Source: Callorhinchus milii | Lineage: Eukaryota | Assembly (NCBI RefSeq): GCF_018977255.1 | Contig: NW_024704742.1 | Coordinates: 7,938,001-8,002,000 of the forward strand | Length of the DNA stretch: 64,000 bases | Reading direction: 5' to 3' | In this document: positions 50,196 to 63,054 of the stretch, in pieces | Numbering within the stretch: position 1 is the first letter of the stretch | How the letters are laid out: every line of letters starts with the position of its first letter | The notes under the pieces: generated by a model | Told to the model about the DNA's origin: nothing | The model's input: only the letters and a program-made list of their open reading frames with translations | The model's database searches: none | Position numbers and translations under genes: made by a program

Positions 50196-51139
50196 TTAAA
50201 GGGCAACAAGAGGGGTCTAGATGGTATTCTGCCCACACAATAACACACAATAATGTTCACTACACACAGTTAGCTTCTTCTTTAATTTGGAAGCTGTTGG
50301 AAGCAGTAATCTACCAGATAACCACTACATAACATTTTTTCCTTTTCATATTCACCTGCGGTCAATGTGTCCGAACAATGTTATATCCAGGTAATTGTTA
50401 AAGTAGCTTGGGAATTATTGATTAAAGAAATAGCAAGGTACACCATCAAGATATGACAGTCTTTATTGCTTTAATCATAAGACCATATTGGTAGTCATCT
50501 GCAGGTTATTGAATCTGTCACAGTTGTGCTAACTTCTTTATGACATGTATTACCTATGACAGGCAGAGATTTTGTGTAATAATCTACCTTCAGCTCAACT
50601 CAGTGGCTGAGGCGGGAGCCCTTGTGGAAATCAATTCGATTGATTTTTTTCTTATTATTCAGTAAAAGGATTCTTTGTGATGAAGGTTTGGGAATGCCAA
50701 AGCAGAGCCCTGGCTGCCCTCTGTCAACAACATGTTCCTGAAATAAAGAGGGCATCACACGCAGAGGTCTGCAAACCATGCTGAGACAAGCAAAAAAGTA
50801 GAAGTTCAGCGGGAATGAAAATTGAAAGGATGATTTTGGACAGCTGAGCCCTTACTGCACATGAATGGCAAATGAGAGAGAGGAAGGCCAGGTCTGGCTG
50901 GAACTATAGACCTTCACCTGGTCTCATTTTGTCTTCAATATCATAAAGCATTGGTGTGATGTGTGTTCCGTTTCACAATGTGCTCCTTTGCTAAACCTCA
51001 CAAGTTCCGCAAAGGCACAATTTTCATTCGTACGCTATTGCCCGACATTCCCAAGCTCACCTGCCAATCATGGCCGCCTCCCACCTGTGCCCGAGACCTT
51101 AAAGCGATTTGTGAATCCCAAATCCCAATTCATAAATCC

Positions 51140-51550
51140 GAATCCTTGCATTCGATGTCCTGCTTCATCGTGTAATCGAAATATCTCCAAACGCTTCACA
51201 GAATCCACCATGAAGTATAGTGACTGTATCTTGTAGGTAAACGCAAGCACCCAATTTGCGCACAGCAATGTCTCCAAAACAGCCACAAAGTAAATGTTTT
51301 TTTGTGGGGAATTGTTGGCCAGGACACCTGGAGAAACCTCCCGTTTCCTTTCGGATAATGCTATGGAATTGTTAATGTCCGCCTGAACAGAGAGATGGGA
51401 CCTTACTTTAGTATCGTGTGCAAAAAAATGGTACCTCCAAAAAATGTGGTGCTCCCTTAACACAGTCTGGACTATGAGATCAAGTCCTGATGTGGGTTTT
51501 AAACCCACAACCTTCGGACTCACATGCGAGAGTACTACCTACTGAGGCGG
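51140..51550 (-). mobile_element. Deu-domain SINE, near full length
   Basis: Head, core (ctgttcaggcggacattaacaattccatagcattatccg) and shared tail. Confidence 0.75.
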
Positions 51551-51949
51551 GTTGATATGTAATGCGTGAATACATTGAGCACCGGGGAAAGAAAAACATA
51601 ATGTAGGGTTCATTCGGTAGATAACTGTCTCTAACAGCTTTCAAGAGGTCTTGTTTGTGAAATTCCAAATTTCTTTTGGCGGGCACAATACTACAGTTGA
51701 GTCTGATTTAAACTCGCTTTGAGCCAAAGGTAACATTTCAACGCTACAACATTTCTGACTAAACCAGCTTCCTCTAGTGTATTAGTCCACTTCAATCACA
51801 GCAGATTACACCAGAGATTTGGGATCCACAAGCCATGGCCTCAGGAGCAGGGTGGAGCCAACAATGATTAGCAGATGAGTTTATACCAGATGATAAATAA
51901 GGAGTGAAACTTACTGCATTTCATAAGGAGCGCAAAGTAAGCTTCCACA

Positions 51950-52148
51950 CAAAAATAATAATAATAATTTGGTCACTCAATCCACGACTGTTTGTGGGAC
52001 ACTGCCGTGCACAATTGGCTGCCACATTTCACCCAGAAAATATACAGTCACTACACTTTATGGTATATTTATTCTGTGAAGCGCTTTGAGACGTCTCAAT
52101 GACGTGATAAGACGCTATGTCAAATGCAAGGACTATTATTGTTATTAT
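51950..52148 (+). mobile_element. SINE 3' half
   Basis: tttggtcactcaatccacgactgtttgtgggacac... plus tail. Confidence 0.88.
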
Positions 52149-52385
52149 TCTATGCATGGAAGTCAAGAGCAGGAATCTTGTCTCATTTCCATCTCTCTAT
52201 AAGGCAACATAATGAGCCCACTTGTTGGACCAACTGAGCTTGGATTGAACTGTGGGAGAACCTTCTAAGCTTGTATATAGTTCAGGTGCACACTAGACAG
52301 TAGCTTTAGCAACTGAGCCATTGGGGGACTAATAATTCTATTTCAATAACATGTCTCATAGCTGTTTCATTGATGTCCTAAGTCG

Positions 52386-52970
52386 CAAGCTGATCCAACC
52401 TTTTGGCCGCCTAGGGCTGGATGGCCTATTTGAGAAACGTCCTCGGGCCTCATAGGCAATATTTTTGTGTTCCCTTTCCACAAATATAACATTTACGGGT
52501 CATGGAGGGAGCAGATGGGCCAGATAATATAATAATACAATAACGATAATCCTTGCATTTGATATAATAATAATCCTTGCATTTGATATTGCGCTTTTCA
52601 CGTCGGGAGGACGTCCCAAAGCGCTTCACAGAACACACTGTAAAGTGAATTGACTATATTTTGTGGGCGAAATATGGCAGCCAATTCTGCACAGCAGTGT
52701 CCCACAAACAGTCATGGATTGAAAGTGACCAATTTTTTTTTGAAGGAATTATTACCCCCTGGAAAGTGATCCACCAGTCGACTAACAATCGGGTTCCTAC
52801 TTACTGCAAGGTAAACATAGATGTGTGGAGTAAGGAAACTTGGCCAACATTTCACCCTGCAGGGGATTGAATCATGGTCTCTCACTTGCGAGGCAAGTGC
52901 TCTAACCACCGAGCTACAGGACTCCATTGAAGGAGGCCAGATGAAATTGGTCCATGTTGGACTGCCCTAT
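52386..52970. mobile_element. Possible hAT-Charlie-type non-autonomous DNA transposon relic, split by a SINE
   Basis: Left end caagctgatccaaccttttggccgcctagggc and right end ggccagatgaaattgg...gttggactgccct resemble recalled MER30/MER3-like termini. Confidence 0.4.
52525..52926 (-). mobile_element. CORE-like SINE, long head/middle with CTCCC-loop tail
   Basis: Full length; terminal segment atccttgcatttgatat is duplicated. Confidence 0.92.
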
Positions 52971-53369
52971 ATGGTGGGTTAGGGAGTGGACAGTGCCAAA
53001 AGGGAGCCACAAGGGATTATGATGAGGGATCATAGATCAGCAAGAAGAGAACTGGAAAACAATCCACCGTCAATGTGAACAAGAGGATGAAAGGCACATG
53101 GTCAGACCTCAGGAATATCTATAATTGTGAGTCTGGTCCTTAGATGATGATCTGTTCGATGAAAGATTGAAGCGGTTTGATATTTCTACAAAAATGTGAT
53201 TATTCTACAAAAATTTTACAAAAGGTCATTATAAAGACATTATGCAACCTCAGCCCACTAGCATCAATTAAGGGTGAGACATCAATAAACATTAAACTAA
53301 ATAATGTCCTTTAATTAATACAGGATATATGTGCAAAAACATAAAGCACATATAGTGCTGACACGTGTC

Positions 53370-53555
53370 CTATTCTCCACCACCAACCGTCTCCTCCGTC
53401 CACCCTACCACGCCTCATCCATTCCTTCCTCAAGCTCTGACTGGATTTTCTCCCTCTTCTCGCTTGCTCACGATGTGTCCCCATCACTGCAAAGAGCTTC
53501 AAGACATTATCCTACGTGAAGGCCACTGTATAAATGCAATTTGCTGATGTTGATG
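53370..53555 (+). mobile_element. Old L2 3' end
   Basis: Pyrimidine-rich body, then agagcttcaagacattatcctacgtgaaggccactgtataaatgcaatttgctg. Confidence 0.55.
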
Positions 53556-54129
53556 ATTAAGACACAGCGAGTTTCTCCTGACATATTCAATTCGATCTTT
53601 CTATTAAAAACTCAACTCGATTTCCAAAAAAAGTGAAATTGATTAACTTGAAATAAGCCAAATTGATGCCAGATTGCTGAATGTAAGTGTGTCAAACATC
53701 AATGACTCATATGCCGTCTCTGAGAAATAGATATATTTTTCTAAGAAAAGAAACAATCTTGGGTTGTTGCTGTTACATGTCTCCTGGCATAAACTGCTGC
53801 AATCAACTGCAACAGTGATTTGAAACACAGTCTCCGTAGACATGGACCACTGTCACTTCTCTCACAACATATAATGAACTGCTCAACTAAAAATGCTCTT
53901 TTGTGCTGCTGCATTCTTTCATAGAATCAAAGACGTTGACAGCGTAGAAGCTTACCATTCACCCTTTGAGCCTACTGCTGGTGCCAGTTCCTCCACTGGA
54001 CCTATCTCACCTAATCCCACTTCCCTGTTTTTTCTCCGTTCCTTTATTTTCTTCCTCTTGAAGCGATTACCCCTTTAATACTTGTTATTTGGTCTCAGCC
54101 TCAATGGCCAATGTGGCAAAGCAATCTAT

Positions 54130-54451
54130 AATAATAATAATAATCCTTGCATTTGATATAGCGCTTTTCATGTCTTCTCGATGTCTAAAAGCGCTTCACA
54201 GAATATGCTGTAAAGTGAATTGACTGTATATTTGTGGGCGAGACGCGGCAGCCAATTGCGCACAGCAATGTCCCACAAACAGTCGTGGATTGACTGACCA
54301 AATTATTAGTGTTTTTTTCTTCTTGAGGGATTATTATCAGGCGTGTGGAGTAAGGAAACTTGCCCAAGGTTTCGCCCTGATCTGCCGGGAATCAAACCCA
54401 GGTCTCTCCCTTGCGAGGTGAATGCTCTAACCACAGCGCTACAGGAATCCA
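54130..54451 (-). mobile_element. CORE-like SINE, short variant
   Basis: Full length. Confidence 0.92.
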
Positions 54452-55609
54452 TATAAGAGAAACAAGCCATGTACAGGATTGCCCACACTTTTGAACACAC
54501 TGTTGTTTGTGCTCTGAGCTACTAGTCCTATTCAATCAGGCTCCATTGGGGATCTCCTTGACAAAGTTTGTCACCATCAGAGAAGGAGATGATTGATGCT
54601 ACTTTGTCATCTCAATCATCTATTTCGCTCACAAAATATACAGTCAATTGACTTCACAGTATATTCTGTGAAGAGCTTTGAGACATCTCGAAGACATGAT
54701 AAGGCGCTGTATAAAGTGCAAAGATTATTATCCTCATAAAGCATATCTCCTGAGATTGGGAAAGAGAGGAGGAGATGAAGACAGAGACACCTTTTAAATG
54801 ATTCTACTTGTTTAAAATCAGGATGCCTGAGACCAGTTTAATTGCATTTTAATGGATCTGCACTAGCTCCAATTAATATTAAAGGAAGCTCTTTGCATTG
54901 AGTGAGAGAGGTACAGGAGACCATACAAGCTGTCAGTCCTCTCTGGTTTATAACAAGACTGTGAGATAATTCAAATGGCTTTCAATTTGACCCTATCACT
55001 GGTGCCACCTCCTCCCTTGGAGCTATCTGATCCAATGCAATCCCAATTCCCTATTCTTTCTTCATACGCTTTATATTCTTCCTCTTCATTCCGTTGTCAT
55101 CCATGTCACTTTGTAACCAGTTCAGCTCCAAGCAGATCCTGCTGACTTCACACAGCCAAGCAAACAAGAAGCACAGATGTAACAGAGTGAAAATTCCAAC
55201 CCTCAGTCTCTATTTCACTTTGCACCACAGCCTTCAGTTCTTCTTAGATACATCCCCAACCAGCCATTTATTTGATCCTTGTATTGAATATAGCTGCAAA
55301 CTACATGTGTGATTGCGCCTGATCCCTTGCACTCAGCACAAGCTTCCCAGTTGCTTATTTTTTGTTAACTAGTCCTTCCCATCATAGCAAAATTGATTCT
55401 AGTAGAAGTGTACAGGGTTGCTCTTTTCCATGACCAATGTTGGTCACTGATCCAACGTTCAACAATGGCCTGTCGCAGAGTTAACTGGAGGACAGGAGTG
55501 GAGGGGTTGAAAAGACAAACAAACAAACAAACAAACAAACAAGAATTACATCTGTGTAGCGCCTTTCATGGCAGTAGGACGTCCCAAGACGTTGGACAAT
55601 CTGTGTTTT

Positions 55610-56330
55610 GGACAACAACAAAGTCAATTTATATATTGCCTTTCACACTGAGAAGATGACTCAAAACACTTGATACAGTTGATTAGATACCCAAGTGTGA
55701 TGGAAGGGAAAGCTAGGGAGAGTGTAGGGAGGNAAAAATGACCACAAGTACAATTGAAGAGATAGCACAAGGGATAAGAAGTCACAGACAATGTGGAAGG
55801 ACTCCATGGAGTGGCGGTAGAATGGCTAAAAGTTCATATAAGGCAGGGGATATGAAACAGGTCAGTGTTCGCTGAGCGAAGGGAGTCAGGCCAGGTCAGT
55901 ATAGTTGCCAGAAGTCTCAGAGGTAGGGTGGGGTGAGGACATGGAGGGATTTGAATGGGAAGGTGAGGATCTTGAATTCAGTCCACGAAGGCTTGAGTTC
56001 TGCAGATTGTGTAGGAAGGAGCTTGGGAGTCCAAGAAGCAGGGCATTGGAATATTTTAGCCTGGACATGATGAAGGTGTGAATGGGGGTCTTGGCAGCCA
56101 GGGGAAGAGGTGATGCAGAAGTTGGGTAACGTTGCACACGTGTGGTTTTGTGGTTCGTGGAGGTGAGAAGATGCCGAAGGAGCCAAGCAGGAGAGCTTCA
56201 GTCTTGTGAGCAACCAAACTGAAGAAAGATTAGAGCTCACCCAGGACTTGACATGTTGACAGGCAATTGATCAAAACAAAAGTGAGTGGAGGCAGAGAGA
56301 TAAAGTTGGGTGTCATTTGCGTACACAATG
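55610..56330 (-). mobile_element. Degraded L2 LINE
   Basis: YANDTQLY at ~56300-56323; AAKTPIHTFIMSRLKYSNALLLGLP; EFKILT..FKSLH.L.PPYL. Confidence 0.85.
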
Positions 56331-56759
56331 AAGTGTACACCATTTCAGCACTATTCAAAAACAGAAGGGAGTTTCCTGATCAATTATCCCCCAGTTAAAA
56401 TTTCGTTATTCACTTCATGGCTGTTTAAGTAGGACATTGCAGCGTGCAAATTTGTTGCCATCTTGGTCAACAAATATGCAGTTGTTACTTTACACTAGGT
56501 CCTCCTGGGCTATACTAAATTCAAGGATTGTGATGAGTGGATCAATATCAAGATCCTCACTCTTGTATTTAAATCCCTTTACGCCCTGCCCACACCCCCG
56601 CCTCCCCCATCTCGGCATTGGGCTACGACACTGTTAGGCACTCCAAGATGTCGTCTGACATATTGTAAATATTCAAGAGTTTCTTGGTTTGGTTTTAAAT
56701 GATTGTGAATTATCCTTTGGTGGGTATGGGGGAGTGAGGAGGTGGGTGAGACGGACGCA

Positions 56760-57600
56760 TTCACAAATTAACAGAAGATTTCAATGCAAAGAAAGCATTA
56801 AAATAAACATTAACACTGAGTAATAGAGATTAACAGTGTTCAATAATTAGAAGTTCAATAAGAAAGGAATCCTTACAGCAAATCGGAGGCGCACGGACAT
56901 AGCAGTACGAAGAAATAATGACAGAAGAGTCTGAGGACAAAATCAACCACCAAAGAGCAGTTAAACATCTAAAATTATTCCAGGTGCGTTTAAAAGTGGA
57001 AATGTGTTTTTACAGAAGGAATAAATTGGAAGAAAAAGAGCAGTTTTTAGAATACAAATATGATTGAAGAGCAGGGCTGCGTGCTGTTTCCTTTGAGTTA
57101 TGCGGACTGGGGAGGCAATGTACCGAGGGGGCAACTAGAGCAGTTTGCACGTGTCAAAAGCACACAAGTGGAGCTGTTCAAACAGATTGCGGCTGAGTTA
57201 AAAGTATAGGGAGAATGATTGGAAAGTCTGAATGAATACTATAAGTTCCTCAAGGTCTCAAGAACTAAATTTGGCATTCTAGTAAATATAACCCCAGGAG
57301 GCACTGTTACAACGCAAATCTTTAACAGGTTCCTCATGCTAGAGTTTTGGATTGATGAGGAGGCTTCAGATCAAAAGGTGAATGGATATTAAGCAAGTGA
57401 AACAGTGAATAGAAGGTAACCGGTGCCAGGAACTCATACAAATGATTAAGCGAGACAAGCTATTGTAGTAAAGGGCTCAAGGATGAGCAATGTAAACAGT
57501 GCAAGGGGTATTGTTGATAGGGCTTTCGGTTTGTTTTACTGGAGAAAGGGTGATTGAGATAGAAACAGAAAGATATTGTTCAATTGAAGAATGAGAGGAG
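56760..57600 (-). mobile_element. Very old LINE (L2-like) remnant
   Basis: Purine-skewed plus strand; minus strand cattgcctccccagtccgc (H.LPV-like) and ccacttttaaacgcacc (TFKR). Confidence 0.35.
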
Positions 57601-59594
57601 TACTTTTGTTTCTCTAAAATTCATGTTTATTACCAGCATCACAGTACATGAGCTCAGCCCAAGAATTGACATGGCATGCTTTTAAAACACGGCCCCCTCC
57701 TGAGGTGGGGGACATGAAGCTTGGCCAAGTTAGCCAAGCAGAGGAGTGGAGTAGGAGATCACATTGCACTCTTCAGTCATTGTATTTCCATCCTCCAGTA
57801 TTCCCTCCCTCAACTCTTCCATCTCACTCCTTCTTTATCTATCTTCAAAAGGCTCCTATCTCTTCGATCATGCATTCAGTTATCTCCATCCTTCCCCTTC
57901 TCATGCCTTCTGCTCAGTTTCCAACAGTGTCTCTGTAGTGCTTTGGCATTGCTTTATGTGAAATTTCGCCCACAAAATATACAATCAATTCACTTTACAG
58001 TATATTCTCTGAACCCCTTTGAGACGTCTCAAAGATGTGAAAAGGCGCTATATCAAATGCAAGAATTATTATATATTATAAATATAAATGTAAGTTGTAA
58101 TTGTCAACAAATGTATGTCAAACTTTATCATCTTACACTGTTATTGTTCTTTCTTAGCGGAAAAAAAGCCGATCAATGAGATGATCTTCAACTTTGACCC
58201 ATCACTTCTGAAGTTCGTCAGGTTACGATATCACCTTCTAAGATTAGTCCACAGGGACCTTTGAGGTGTTGGGTTTGTTCTCAAACCAGATCAATCATTC
58301 GTACACTTTCGTCTTCATGCCCCTTCATACTGCAGTTTAAAAATCCGGTGAGACTTAACATTTTGTTAAATAGTCCTTAAAACGCTGCTCCAGTAAAATC
58401 AATGTCAGCAAAAATGATTGGGTTTGTGTCTATATTAGGCTGTAAACAGGAGATTGTTTCAAATGATTGTTAATGCAGTGTTTGTTGTTTAATGTCAGTA
58501 TTAACATCTATTTTTGAATTGACCTTTCACCCACTGGTATGTAAACCTTTACCTAGTCCTTTACCAATAACCAATAATTAAACCAATAATAATAATAATA
58601 CTTGCATTTGATACAGTGCTTTTCACCTCTTCTAGACGTCTCAAAGCGCTTCACAGAATATACTGTAAAGTGAATTGACTATATTTGTGGGCAAAACACG
58701 GCAGCCAATTACCAATTAATTCCAACAAACTGCTATAATTTGTTTCTTTCTCCAAAAGTGGATGCACTAAAACATTCATTTTCCTGAACTACAGTCCCAC
58801 ATGTAAATGAATGAACCAGTTGTTGACTAGGACCCAGTTGGGTATATTTTGACCTCTTCAATGACCTTGGTTGTTTGTCAAAAAAAATCTCCCGAAGGTA
58901 TGTTGTTCTGATTTCTGGGATATTTTCTTAAAATGTCGCTATAGGGGTTAGTACAGTGAGACACTTCATCTCAACCACTGGAAAATCGTGCTGGAGTCCC
59001 AAGACTCATCACGTGAGGCGCATAAGGTCATTACTCAGCTGTCTCGTTGGGTACAATGTTTACTTCTCTCCAAACAAGATGGCTCTTCCTGCTCTGCCCG
59101 TGACAACATGTCACTCAAGTCCGCTTCCCAGTGCTTCAGAGGTGTCCTTCCTTCATGTATGGTTCCTGAAGTAATTCCGTGGGTTTGTAAATCCTGCTCT
59201 CTCTGCCAAAGGACAAATGGTTACCTGAGCAGTTGACTTGCTTATTTTGACAGACTACAAATATCATCTTCAGACTTGGGCCAGGAATTCTAATTTTAAA
59301 GCTATGCCAAGAACATAAGCAGGGTATTCAAATTTCTTCGCCAACTTTCTGTAGTGCTCTCAGTTCGTATACCGCTGTTCAGAAATGCTCCACTGAATTA
59401 TGGTTGTGAATAGATCTGAATAAGAGTAATCCAGAAACATCTAAATTCATTCCACTTTCTTGCCACCTTAGAAACTGTGAACAACTTAGGTTTCATTTCA
59501 TTCTACACAATCTTAAGGTTCACTCTTAGCACGACTCAACCCACTCACCTCTTGACTTATCGCTCCTGTTATTACTTATCTCCTATTATCTCCT

Positions 59595-59808
59595 AATCCC
59601 TCCAAAACCCCAAACAATAATAAAAAAAGGTCATTTTCAATCTACGACTGTTTGTGGGACATTGCTGTGCGCAATTGGCTGCCGCGTTCGCCCACAAATG
59701 TACAGTCAAATCACTTTACAGTGTGTTCTGTGAAGCGCTTTGGGGCATCCTCCCGACGTGAAAAGCGCTATATCAAATGCAAGGATTATTATTATTATTA
59801 TTATTATT
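59595..59808 (+). mobile_element. SINE 3' half (short subfamily)
   Basis: ggtcattttcaatctacgactg...tcccgacgtgaaaagcgc...(att)n. Confidence 0.9.
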
Positions 59809-59890
59809 TTGAATTCTGTTGATATCCTACACAAGGCCCTTGATCTAAGTCCCTCAATAAAAAGTGGATCCATTGCTTTCCCGAACAACA

Positions 59891-60055
59891 GTGTCAGCCT
59901 GGCTCAGTTGTTATCACTCTCATCTCTGAGTCACAAAGTTCTGGGATAAAGCCCCACGTCGGAACTTGGAACTCATTTTGTCTAAGCTGATACTCCAGGG
60001 CAGGGCTGGGGGTGTCCTGCATTGTTAGAGATGTCACATTCACCCACAAAACACA
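59891..60055 (+). mobile_element. Deu-SINE 5' part
   Basis: gtcagcctggctcagttg...tctgagtcacaaag...gcattgttagagatg. Confidence 0.7.
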
Positions 60056-60109
60056 TTGTTTTTAATCCTTAAAGGACATGATTAAGGATTCGCGGAGTCC
60101 ACAGGACTC

Positions 60110-60395
60110 GTGGAGTCTTGTAGCTCAGTGGTTAGAGCACTTGCCTCACAGTGAGAGACCTGAGTTCGGTTCCCGGCACAGCAAAACGCTGGGCGAGTTT
60201 CCTTACACCACACGCTGCTGTGTACCTAGCAGCAAGCAGGAACCCGGTTGTTAGTCAATTGGCGGATCGCTTTTCCGGGGGTAATGATTGCTTCAAAATA
60301 ATAATAATAATTTGGTCACTCAATCCACGACTGTTGTGGGACACTGCTGTGCGCAATTGGCTGCCGCGTTTCACCCACAAAATATAGTCAATTAC
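60110..60395 (+). mobile_element. CORE-like SINE, long subfamily, 3'-clipped
   Basis: Ends at caaaatatagtcaatt, where an opposite-strand copy begins. Confidence 0.9.
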
Positions 60396-60397
60396 AG

Positions 60398-60628
60398 TAA
60401 TAATAATAATAATAATAATAATCCTTGCATTTGATATAGCGCTTTTCACGTCGGGAGGACGTCCCAAAGCGCTTCACAGAACACACTGTAAAGTGAATTG
60501 ACTGTATATTTGTGGGCGAACGCGGCAGCCAATTGCGCACAGCAATGTCCCACAAACAGTCGTAGATTGAAAATGACCAATTTTTTTTTATTATTGTTTT
60601 TTGGTTTTTTTGGAGGGATTATTATTAT
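60398..60628 (-). mobile_element. SINE 3' half (short subfamily), tail-to-tail with the previous copy
   Basis: (TAA)n then gcgcttttcacgtcgggaggacgtcccaaagcgc. Confidence 0.92.
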
Positions 60629-61689
60629 CTTGTTGATACTCGTCAACAAGGTGATGTCTCACCACTGTAATCATAGACAGACTGCAGACATGGTTGGGAA
60701 GAGAGACTGCAGACATGGATGCAATGGGCATGGAGAGAAGGAATAACATGACCAAATCCAGTGGCAGCCGGTTTCATAGCCAAGACCAATAATTTATATT
60801 TTGAAATAGACTGAGAACAGGAGAACTGTCTGCAATTGTTGTAGGCCTAGAAGCTTTCTTGCTTAAAAGCAGATATTTGAAAAGGTTAATGATAATGATA
60901 TACAGTATATTCTGTGAAGCACTTTGAGACATCTCAAAGACATGATAAGGCGCTATATTAAATGCAAGGATTATTATTGTTATTATTACATGCCTGGGCA
61001 CCACTGATGCTTCATAGCTGCTGGTATGTTACAGTTCCACATGATAATGATCATACCCAATCTGTGAAGAAACACAGCAACATTAGTTGATAATGATTCC
61101 CCCACTCACTTCAGTACAATGGTTGAGAACAAGACAGCTTCAATGGCTGCTGCGTTTCACCCACAAAATACACAGTCACTCCACTTTACAGCATACCCTG
61201 TGAAGCGCTTTGAGACGTCTCAAATGACGTGATAAGGGGCGATATCAAATGCAAGGATTATTATTACTATTATTCATTCCTAGGCTTTGCTGATTGCACA
61301 AAGAAAACGTCCCACGCTTCAAACAATGATACAAGTTGGGGCTGTCCAAAACAAGTCTGTTTTTAAACAATAGAAAGATTTTTCGGATGAAAACTTCCAC
61401 ATTGCACACACTCCAAGGCATCTTTTTTTTACTCCCTATTGAGCTGTTATGAATCTAGCTGTCAGCCTGGCGCAGTTGGTTGTCTCTATCACCTCTGAGA
61501 CAGAAGGTTCTGGGTTCAAACCTCAAGATACATGAAAAGATTGTTGCTTTTCAGTAAAAGTATGGGATTGTTCCTTTTTATCTTTTTTGATATTATTTTA
61601 TTTATATTATATTTAGTTATTTTATATTTTCTCTCCTCTCATCCTCCACCCTCCTGGCCCTCTTTAACTATTGTTAAGGAGAGGCATAT

Positions 61690-61975
61690 ATAATTTAAAT
61701 GGGATTGAGAAAGTAAAGTTGAACAATACTTTCAGATGCACTGAGTTAGCAGAACAAGAGGACGCAGGTTTAAGGTTGTAAAGGGCAATTTCAAGACAGC
61801 CACCATGCAAGCATTTGTTTATCCAGAGGGTAATTAAAAATTGGATTAAGTTTCCAGGAAGCCTAGTTGAGGCCAGGATGCTGAACTCAATTCAAAAAAA
61901 AAATGCTGCTTTGATGGGAAGATGGGAAGGTGGATGAGATCAAATGGACCGAAGGACCTTCTTCACCTGAACCTT
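61690..61975 (+). mobile_element. CR1 LINE 3' fragment
   Basis: agaacaagaggacgcaggtttaaggttgtaaaggg...ccagagggtaattaaaaattgg; same family as 2740-3065. Confidence 0.75.
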
Positions 61976-62819
61976 TCTGGTGACCTTGTGAGGTGTGAGA
62001 ATGTCCAAGACAATTGTTCGTCTTGGCAGAGCAGTGCCTATCCTCTTCTCAATATGCCTGTTGAACGGTTGAGATTTGGAACTCACCATGTGGGGAGGTG
62101 CGAGCTCGCATTCAGTCATTGCATCCAATAGAGCACAGGAGTTCAGACATCAAACTGACCTTTGCTTGAGTTAAGCATGAAACACTTAACAGTGGTGGAG
62201 CCTGACACAGATTATCTGACCAAGTAGAGACGATTGATGGAAGAATTGATGTTATTGTGGATCCTTTTAAGAAAACTAAAAAAAAAATTCCAGTGCAATC
62301 AACCTTGGATAACTGATTGAGAACGTCCTCCAAATGATAATTTCATCTTATTTTACAAAGGAACAGTATGTACAGCAATGTCACTGCGCTTGATCACATC
62401 TCAGCACTTAAGGCATCAAAGCATGTGGTAAGGAGTCTCATGAGGAGCTTTCTAAAATGCTTTGAGGTACATTTCATGGAAGATTTACAGCACAGAAGGA
62501 GGTCATTTGTGGGTATGCCTGAAGATTTAAACAAATACCACACTAGCTCTAAATTGCTTACGACCATCTCTTGCGTCCTGCGAGAAAAAGTTGAATTTCT
62601 TCTGCTAGATTTTACAAAGTGAACAGTAACAAAATAGCTTGAACATGTCTGGTATTAAAAGAATGGATAGTGTAGATCTGAATGCCAACACCTGTTTGTA
62701 CATGATGTATATACAGTCAGTGTGACAATTGTATGGATGTCTCAACAGAGAAGCTTGTGTTTTAGAAAAGAACAGGCTGTCATTGCCAATATAAAAATTG
62801 GCAGGAGAGACTTGCAGGA

Positions 62820-63054
62820 AGAAATTCCACCTGGGTCTGGATTTACACTATTTATGTAGCATTTCAGAACGTCCAGGATTTCACAAATTGTTGAATTCAG
62901 TCTTAACTTTGAAGTTGGTTTTCTGTAGTTCTGAAAGGAAAGTTACAGAAAACCAACTTCAAAATCAAGGCCTGTATTTAAGAATTTGCCAAATTCCGGA
63001 CACGCTCTAAAATACTATGTAAATAGAGTAAATCTTGACCCAATTGAAATTTCT
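62820..63054. mobile_element. Fold-back/MITE-like palindromic element
   Basis: Perfect 20-bp inner inverted repeat (62908-62927 / 62944-62963); imperfect pairing extends to both ends. Confidence 0.8.

Noticed and set aside
55733..55733. Single ambiguous base N
   Set aside because: Assembly ambiguity inside an L2 remnant; no biological meaning.
58190..58222. Third hammerhead (minus strand CTGACGA-ACTTC-A-GAAGT-GAT)
   Set aside because: No GAAA box, no stem I or III, and no flanking family sequence.
59038..59203. Minus-strand open stretch REQDLQTHG...TQRDS after an acceptor-like site
   Set aside because: 55 codons is within chance; no recognisable homology.
62361..62427. Possible 67-nt exon (ttttacaaag|...gtg|gtaagg)
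   Set aside because: Splice-like signals only; no recognisable protein in any frame.
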